DNA of 64,000 nucleotides from Rhynchopus sp. YZ270_cl-10 (taxonomy: Eukaryota): contig OZ037847.1 of the NCBI GenBank assembly GCA_964035575.1, positions 1,550,001-1,614,000 of the forward strand, in the 5' to 3' direction. A program made the position numbers and the translations under genes. Within the stretch, counting starts at the first letter, position 1. Every line of letters begins with the position of its first letter. The notes beneath the pieces were generated by a model that was given only the letters and a program-made list of their open reading frames with translations, ran no database searches and was not told the origin of the DNA. This document shows, in pieces, positions 57,426 through 64,000 of this stretch.

Positions 57426-60400
57426 CAGGGTCCTCAACCGTAGACAAAGTCTGGCCACAGATTTGTCTAAGTTAAAAAAAAAGGCTAAAAAAAAATTTTC
57501 GCGCTCCGCGCGAAAAGGTCCTGTACAAAGCTAAAAATTGGGGGCTTTTTTTTTTTGTGTTGCTTTTTCGAAACTCGTTAAGTGGTCTTTTCATTTCAAT
57601 AGAAGAGTTCGACAAATGAACAATCACACCCCACCCCACCCCTTCGCCCCACCCGTACCCCTAACCCCATTGTCCCCCCAACCTGATAAGCATCACACAG
57701 AAACTCTAACCTTCTTTCTTTTAAAGGCTTCAAAAATCCTTTGGATTTGGTCAGGCGTAAATTTATTCTCATTTGTCTCTGCCTGTTTGCACATAAGAAT
57801 GCATAGCAGACTTGAATCCAGCAGTTTGTTTCTGTAGCTATTCTTGACGTACTTCATGCCGTTGAAGCAGCGCTCGTCTTCAACTGATGTGACGGGGATT
57901 GACAACCCAAGCAAAACAAGATCCCTCATAATGGGGTAGGCGTCTCCTGCGGAACTTGTCAAGAATGTTGCGATCAGGTCCGAAGTGTCCTTTGTTGTAG
58001 TTCTCTTCGACAAAACGTCCACCAGGATCCTCCATTCTTTCACAGCTACAGCTTTCTTTGTCTCCAGACTGTTCAGTTCTGGCGACTCCTCAACGAACGG
58101 CGTCGTGTCCACGCTCAGTAACGGCGTTGTTTGAGTGCGCGATATCACAGTATGCTCCGTCTTGGAGTACTCTGGTCTCCCACGCGTCTTCTCGCCCACA
58201 ACATCGTACTTTTTGTACTCGAGTGTATGCAGCTCAGTAAATTCCTCGATGAGCTTCTTCACCTCGGTGTTGCCGTAGATCGCCAGCCCGTCCGCGTTAG
58301 CAGGGAGGTTGCGGATGTCGAATACTGAGAAGCATCTCACAATGTCCATGTTCACGAATCGTTCACTGAGGCACTTCAGCAGCTCCTTGAGGTATGGCTT
58401 GCAGACCGTGTCGTGATGAATCGCAAAGTTCCGACGGGAAAGTTTTGTACCGTGGCATTGATTATACCTCGGTACCCATTCTGGGTAGAACGGGAACATG
58501 TTCGGGTTGGTTTCAAGCAACGACAATGACGCAACACATTTGTCGATGTGGCTGCAAACGGTGAGCAGGTTTGTGTTCCTGCTCTGGAGCGACGTCGACA
58601 GCACGTTCAACTCGTCCAGGACCACCGTCATGAAGGACAACGTTGCAAAAAAAACCGGGCTCTTTGATGTGCTGCGCGATGAACGGTGCTTCCACGTCGC
58701 CGGCCTCTCCAAGCTTGCACAGGGCGCTGTGCACGGCGGGGTACTCCTTGCGGACGGTGCTGCAACACCTGCCGTTGGTGAGCCACCGGGTGTCACCCGG
58801 CTTTGCGATGAGGATGTCACAGTACTCACACAAGTCGCGAAGTTCCTCCAGCATCTCCTCCAGGGTGTCGAGCTTAATCTTGGATCCCGAAAAAAAAACC
58901 CACACCCACCGCAGGCCGTCGAAGAACCGGGTAATCTCCGGCGATTTCCCCTCTGCCGCTGCTTCTGGGCCACAGAGTGCGAGGGAGTGTGCGTAGCACC
59001 AGGTGAAGAGGGCGCCTGGGTTTATGTCTGCACGGATTTGTTGTTGGCGCCCTTGTTCGAGGAACGCATTGCCGATGCGCCATCAAACGAGCATCCACTC
59101 ATCTTCCCGTAGTCGAGCCCGAGCTGGTCTATCCACTTCGTCAGCAACGACGCGTAACCAGCCCCCGTCTGGTCCTTCAGCTCACCCATCATGATGAGCT
59201 TCTCGACGGGGGTGGCACCGACCATGTATCGCACGACGAAGACGAGTTGCTCCTTCTTGCTGACGTCGCGTGAGCAATCCCCCGACAGGCCCCAGAAACG
59301 GGAGGCTTTGACCTGCTTGAGGAGGTCTTCTGTCAACACCTCCGTGATGCAGGACATGATCTCTAAGACTGCACCGCAGCTGAGATAGCGTATTTGTTGT
59401 CTGAGGTATGCCTCCATGTCGGTGCACTCCAGCTTGTCTGCGAAAAAACTCAGAAACTCCTCCAAGTTAGAGTGCCCTACACCTTTGCGCGCGAGGAAAA
59501 CAATAACCTCAATGCATATTTTCAGCATTTTTTGGTTGAACTCGACTTCTTTGTCGCTGTTGGCGTGCAACGTGTGAAGCACGGTTCCATTGGAAGCCTG
59601 CAGAGCGGCAGCCTTCACGAGACGTTGGTGTTTGGGGTCGCCTGCATGCGCAGGGAGGTCTCTGGCGAGCTTGGTCTTTGCATGAGAGAAAGCACCACAA
59701 TACAAGCACTTGAACTTGTCTTCACCCACCACCAACCAGGGGGAAAAACGGTTCAAATGGCCCTGCACCGTGCTCTCCCGCAGACCCATACAACCTTTCT
59801 CCTGCGCTTCGCGTTTACGTTTCAGCGTGTTGGTGGAGTCGGTGTTCGCTGGTGCGGTCGTGGTGTTCGTGAGGTTGGGATTGTTCGTGTTGGAGTGCGT
59901 GGGACCTAAGAAGACAACATCGCCGTCAGAAGAGTACTCGTCGACATCATCGATTTCCATTGCTGCCTCGGGTTGCTCGGATGCTGCGTTGCGTCTCACT
60001 GGCACACATTGCTCCTCCTCCTCTTCTTCGGACGTTGAATCCACGTACTTAACAGCACTCACCTGTGGAGCCATCATCACCACACGTTTCTTCACCTTCT
60101 TGCCTTGCGACACCTGGCTCTGCACAGACACGGCAGAGGCATCGCTGTCTCCCCCCTTCTCTGCTTCGTTCATGGCGAACTCATGCGCCTCCGCAACGAT
60201 CGTCAGGATCGTCTTCCGCTTGCTCCCCTCCCTGTCGTCGTCCGCCAGTTTGGCGCGATCAAACTCCTTCAACCAGAGTTTGAGCACCTTGTTGGTGTCG
60301 TTCTGGTGGTTTTTAAACCCCCTCACCGTCCCCTCCGCCACAAGAAAAAGGTGAAGGGAAGCGAGCCGGGGTGTCGGACCATCGGGGATGGACTTGTACT

Positions 60401-60796
60401 TGCCTGAAGACCACAGGTCGTAGTGCGTATCCCCTTTGTTGGGTTCCACCACACGTACCACAGGTGCCGCAACAGCTCCCTTCTTGAACATGGACACGAT
60501 GGTGGGCTGTGCTTTGGAGGTCTTGGCAGTGGCAGGCATTTTTGCGGATGAGTTTGTTCAATTGTAGTTAGTCTGAGGAGGTGGCTTGTGTGGGTGGGTA
60601 CAATGGGGTCCGCGCAGGTGAGGACTGAGGGAGTCTTGAGGGAACTCATTTTTTTTTTTGTTTTCAGTAAAGCTTCTTCTCTTTCAAACCACCCAAAAAC
60701 CCAAAACCCAGGTTTTGTCTAACTTAGACAAAGCGTTTTTCAAAAAAAAAAAAATTGTCTAAGTTAAGGCCTAACTTAGACAGGTTGAGGACCCTG
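57426..60796 (-). mobile_element. Full-length hAT transposon (3,371 bp) with 8-bp TSD
   Basis: TIR CAGGGTCCTCAACC; ATTTTGGC duplicated at 57418-57425 and 60797-60804; subterminal TTGTCTAAGTT/AACTTAGACA repeats. Confidence 0.95.
57693..60539 (-). pseudogene. hAT transposase (ZNF862/KIAA1586-like), ~948 aa reconstructed across two compensating 1-nt frameshifts
   Basis: Zinc-finger-like KCLYC..H..KH; DDE-type residues in GDCSRD, FDGAS and VEDERCF; WCYAH (CxxH); TRW; C-terminal dimerisation region. One base missing near 59037 and one extra in the A8 run at 58647-58654. Confidence 0.9.
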
Positions 60797-61848
60797 ATTT
60801 TGGCAAAGGCAAATCTCAGGCAAAAAGAAATCACCCCGATAATGGGTCCTTGGGTGTCCAAAGATGCCAAAAACACAAAAAAAATTGATGTTTTGACCAT
60901 CGGTGGGCACCTAAAACGCACTTTTCTGCCCAAAAAATGAATATCGATTTTTCTTAGCGTTCTTATAGCCGTGATTTTTCAGTTTTTTTTCGCAAAGGTG
61001 AAAAAAAAATTCACCCAAAATAGTGGGTCCTTGGGAGACCAAAAACGCAAAAAAACGCAACATTTTGGTGTTTTGACCCTTCAGAAGCACCCAAAACGCA
61101 CTTTTGTGTACCAAAACACGCATATTTCACATTTCCTTAGCAATTCCTTTCACAAGTACAAGGCGATTTTTGACCAGACAAAAAAATTTTTATTGCCCAA
61201 AAACGGGCGTGGTAGGCACCCGAAGTCATAAAATGGCCCAAAGAATCCAAAAAACCTCAGAAATACATGTTCGTGAATAAACATTTGCAAGTCAAAATTC
61301 AACCACAATACGGTCATTTTGTGCATACCCTGTAGCTGTAGTGGCTAGAGAACACGCATGCAGACCTGTTCCTTGCAATTTCCAGTGTTGTGTTTATCAA
61401 TGCATGCATCCAGAGGACCTCTGGTTTGCGGAATCGTAGGCACTCCTGAGCAAAAATGAAATCGGTTTTTGACCCAAAATCGGGGTGTGTGGGCCCTAAT
61501 TTGCTCCAAATTTGGCCGAAAATTGGGATTTTTCTGAAAATTTCATTGTGCTCAGCAAAAATCCTTGCTTTTTTGAAGAATTTTCCAAAAAATATGCTAT
61601 ACCCCCTATGACTGGACCCAACTCCCCTCACCCTTTTTTTTTTTTCACCCAAAAGGGCCGGAAATTTTACACACGAATACACAAACTTACGGACCCCCAA
61701 AAAAATGTTGTAACGGAATAATGTTGTAACGCTGGGCCATTTTTTCCAGCGTTACAACATTATTCCGTTGCAACATTTTTCCGACTGCGGTATTTTTTTT
61801 TTTTGCGATGAATAGATGCAAGCGGGGAGAAGGGGACGCGCTTTCATA

Positions 61849-61949
61849 CACGACGGTGAAGTAAATAACTTGACTTGTAGTTTCACCGTTGGTTTACAAC
61901 AGTGCAACCACAAGTAAAACCACAGGTCAAGTTATTTACTTCACCGTCG
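61849..61949. mobile_element. CACGACGGTGAAGTAAAT MITE; related copy at 63141-63231
   Basis: CGACGGTGAAGTAAATAACTTGAC ... GTCAAGTTATTTACTTCACCGTCG inverted repeat; similar internal GTTTCACCGTTGG in both copies. Confidence 0.7.
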
Positions 61950-64000
61950 AAAACGGGACGAGCATGACCGAACTCAGATTCAATCAGGATCCATAGGGAG
62001 AATATACGCTCGGACGGTAACTGCACCACAAATGCAGTTTATCGATTCCTGCTGAAATGACCTACAAAGAAAGAAAGAAAAAGCTGCAGGAATGCAGGCC
62101 CCCTCCCCTGCAATTGTTTATATTATACAGTATGCAAATCACCATTTTTTTTTTTTTTGCCTTCGAAAAAAAAGAAAAAGAAAAGCCAACCCACAACCCC
62201 TCTGCCTTGTGTTAAGCACAAAAAGAGAGTTTAGTCAATGTCCGCCATTTTGACACTCCAGACCAGTGGTGAGTGTCTGACTAGATTTTGTCTTCACTAT
62301 CTGCAAGCACCCACTCCAGTGTGTACCCCGTCCTTTTTTTCTCTCGAGCTTATGTGTTCTGACGTCAGTACAAAAAAATAAAAATGGATAATATTAGACG
62401 AGTTTTCAGTGTGTATAATTTTGATTATCACCGACCGTTCTACCATCTCTGAAAGGGGGGTTTTTTGGAATATTCACTTCTTTGACAATCTCTATGTCCT
62501 CAGGGCCTCTGCACCCCCCACTCTGGTCGACAAGAATACGTGTGTAGCTTACCAGAGCGTCTCTGTACTAAAAGGTTTCCCCCCCCATCTGCTCCATATT
62601 TTTTTTTTGTGTATCTTTTTCAGGGTTGAACGTTGGTTTCGAGGTTTTTTGGAATTGACCCGGTTTGGCAAAAGCTCGGACGCGTTTCGTGGTGGCTGAC
62701 AGTTATCAAGTTCTCAAAAAATTACCTTTTACCCCCTCTTTTATTCCCACAAGCTGGTCTTTCCACTAAAATCCACCTTTTTGAAAATTTCCCCCCAGTT
62801 TCAGCACCAGATCAGCTCTATGAACGTTCAACCCTTATTATGTTGTGCTTTTTCCAAGAAACGACTCAATCTCATCTTCCTCGGAAGAAGAGAAAAAGGA
62901 GGGGTATACAGGTGCACCCTTTGATGCTTGCTGTTTGCTAAAGTAGCGAGCATATGAATTTGTTGTTTTTCTCTTTATTTTTATTTTTATTTTTGCGATT
63001 CACCTAGCGAGTAGGCGGGTTGAACGTTATTGGCACAGTGTGCCTGCGACGCTTTCCCTGTTGCTGCCGCTCACTGCGATTTCTTGTTGGTCTCTGCAAC
63101 GGGGTTACACATGGGGGACAGCAGTCCGTGTGCACAGTGCGCGACGGTGAAGTAAATGAATTGACGTATGGTTTCACCGTTGGCTTACAGTAGAACTACA
63201 AGTCAAGTCATTTGTTTCACCGTCTTGTGTAGGCACCAATATCAAGATCTGCTCCCCATGTCGACACAACAAAAAAGCGTTTCAAACCTGAGCTCCCGAG
63301 GGGCGCATCCTGTCACCAAGGCCTCGGAGAGAAATGGGTGTCAAAAAGCACGACCTTTTCTCTCGAGGTCATTACCAACCTTTTTTTTTTTTTTATACTT
63401 TGTTTTTCACGAGTGCGTGTCGCTATGACAAATGTTTTTTGGTTTTTGTGTGTTGTTTTCCCCCTCATTGACCCGCATTGTCGGTGTACTTATGTGTGCA
63501 GTGGACTTCACTTTTTTTCCTTGATGTTTGCACGATGCACATTTATCTTTAATTTTTTTTTTTTGTATAGGTGACTTGGCGAGAGGTCGCATAGATCATT
63601 CAATATAGATGCTGCGCTGCATACCCGGCAAACCCGAACCCATAACCGGGTTAACAATACATCCGTCAACTGTTTCGAGGATAGTTGCAAAGTAAAACAA
63701 ACAAACAAAAAAAATCTGTTGCGAATTATTCGGCCTTCAAAATAAAAGCGACTTCTCTCTTTTCCCCATTCACTATGCTTTTGTTAAAGCCTTTTTCGAG
63801 TTGCGTACCGTGTTTTAGAAGAAGAAAAAAATGTGTTATTAAGCCCTTGACAGGGTGATTATCGATGTTTTATTTTTAAAATGTACGTGCACGACAACGT
63901 TCATATTTCAGAGTTTTTCTCAAGGTGGCTAAGCACAGGCTTGGGTTTCACCTTATCAACCTTTTACCTTTTTTTAAAAGCTTCCTCGGTAGGTTATGGT

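Larger units (their letters stand above)
52921..61790. mobile_element. Outer TA-flanked TIR element hosting a multi-level transposon nest
   Basis: TA|CCGTATTCGGAAAAATGTTGCAACG on the left and CGTTGCAACATTTTTCCGACTGCGG|TA on the right. AATGTTGTAACG subrepeats resume at 54229 after an insertion. Confidence 0.7.

Noticed and set aside
59030..59050. Programmed -1 frameshift in the hAT gene
   Set aside because: No X XXY YYZ slippery heptamer, and a second opposite shift would also be required; indels are the simpler explanation.

Overview
This is eukaryotic nuclear DNA, not prokaryotic. My inference is a euglenozoan, diplonemid-like protist: all host genes lie on the + strand, introns are short GTATG...CAG with CA-rich 3' ends, and there is a receptor-type cyclase. 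About 14 host genes are supported: an RNI-like LRR protein, a scramblase/Tubby-like protein, two unknowns (one with a spliced zinc-ribbon exon), a small spliced coiled-coil gene, a poly-Q protein ending in a degenerate AlkB-like domain, two tandem CPYC glutaredoxins, a degenerate receptor nucleotide cyclase, an OB-fold/degenerate-Nudix protein, an AcuI/YhdH-type reductase, a 7-intron P5A-type ATPase, a probable mitoribosomal bL35m and an MGCxC-acylated protein. The rest is dense with DNA transposons. These include a full-length hAT (8-bp TSD, two compensating frameshifts) inside a multi-level nest, GGGG-ended foldback elements in poly(A/T) tracts, and many MITEs and microsatellites. There is also an apparently exact 6,646-bp tandem duplication. 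The strongest unexplained signals are (i) long hairpins whose mismatches are mostly tandem G.A pairs capped by GNA triloops on one strand, one of which is broken at its tip by the duplication, and (ii) a dispersed family of ~30-nt sense-strand stem-loops with G.U pairs. All calls were made by eye; no searches were run.
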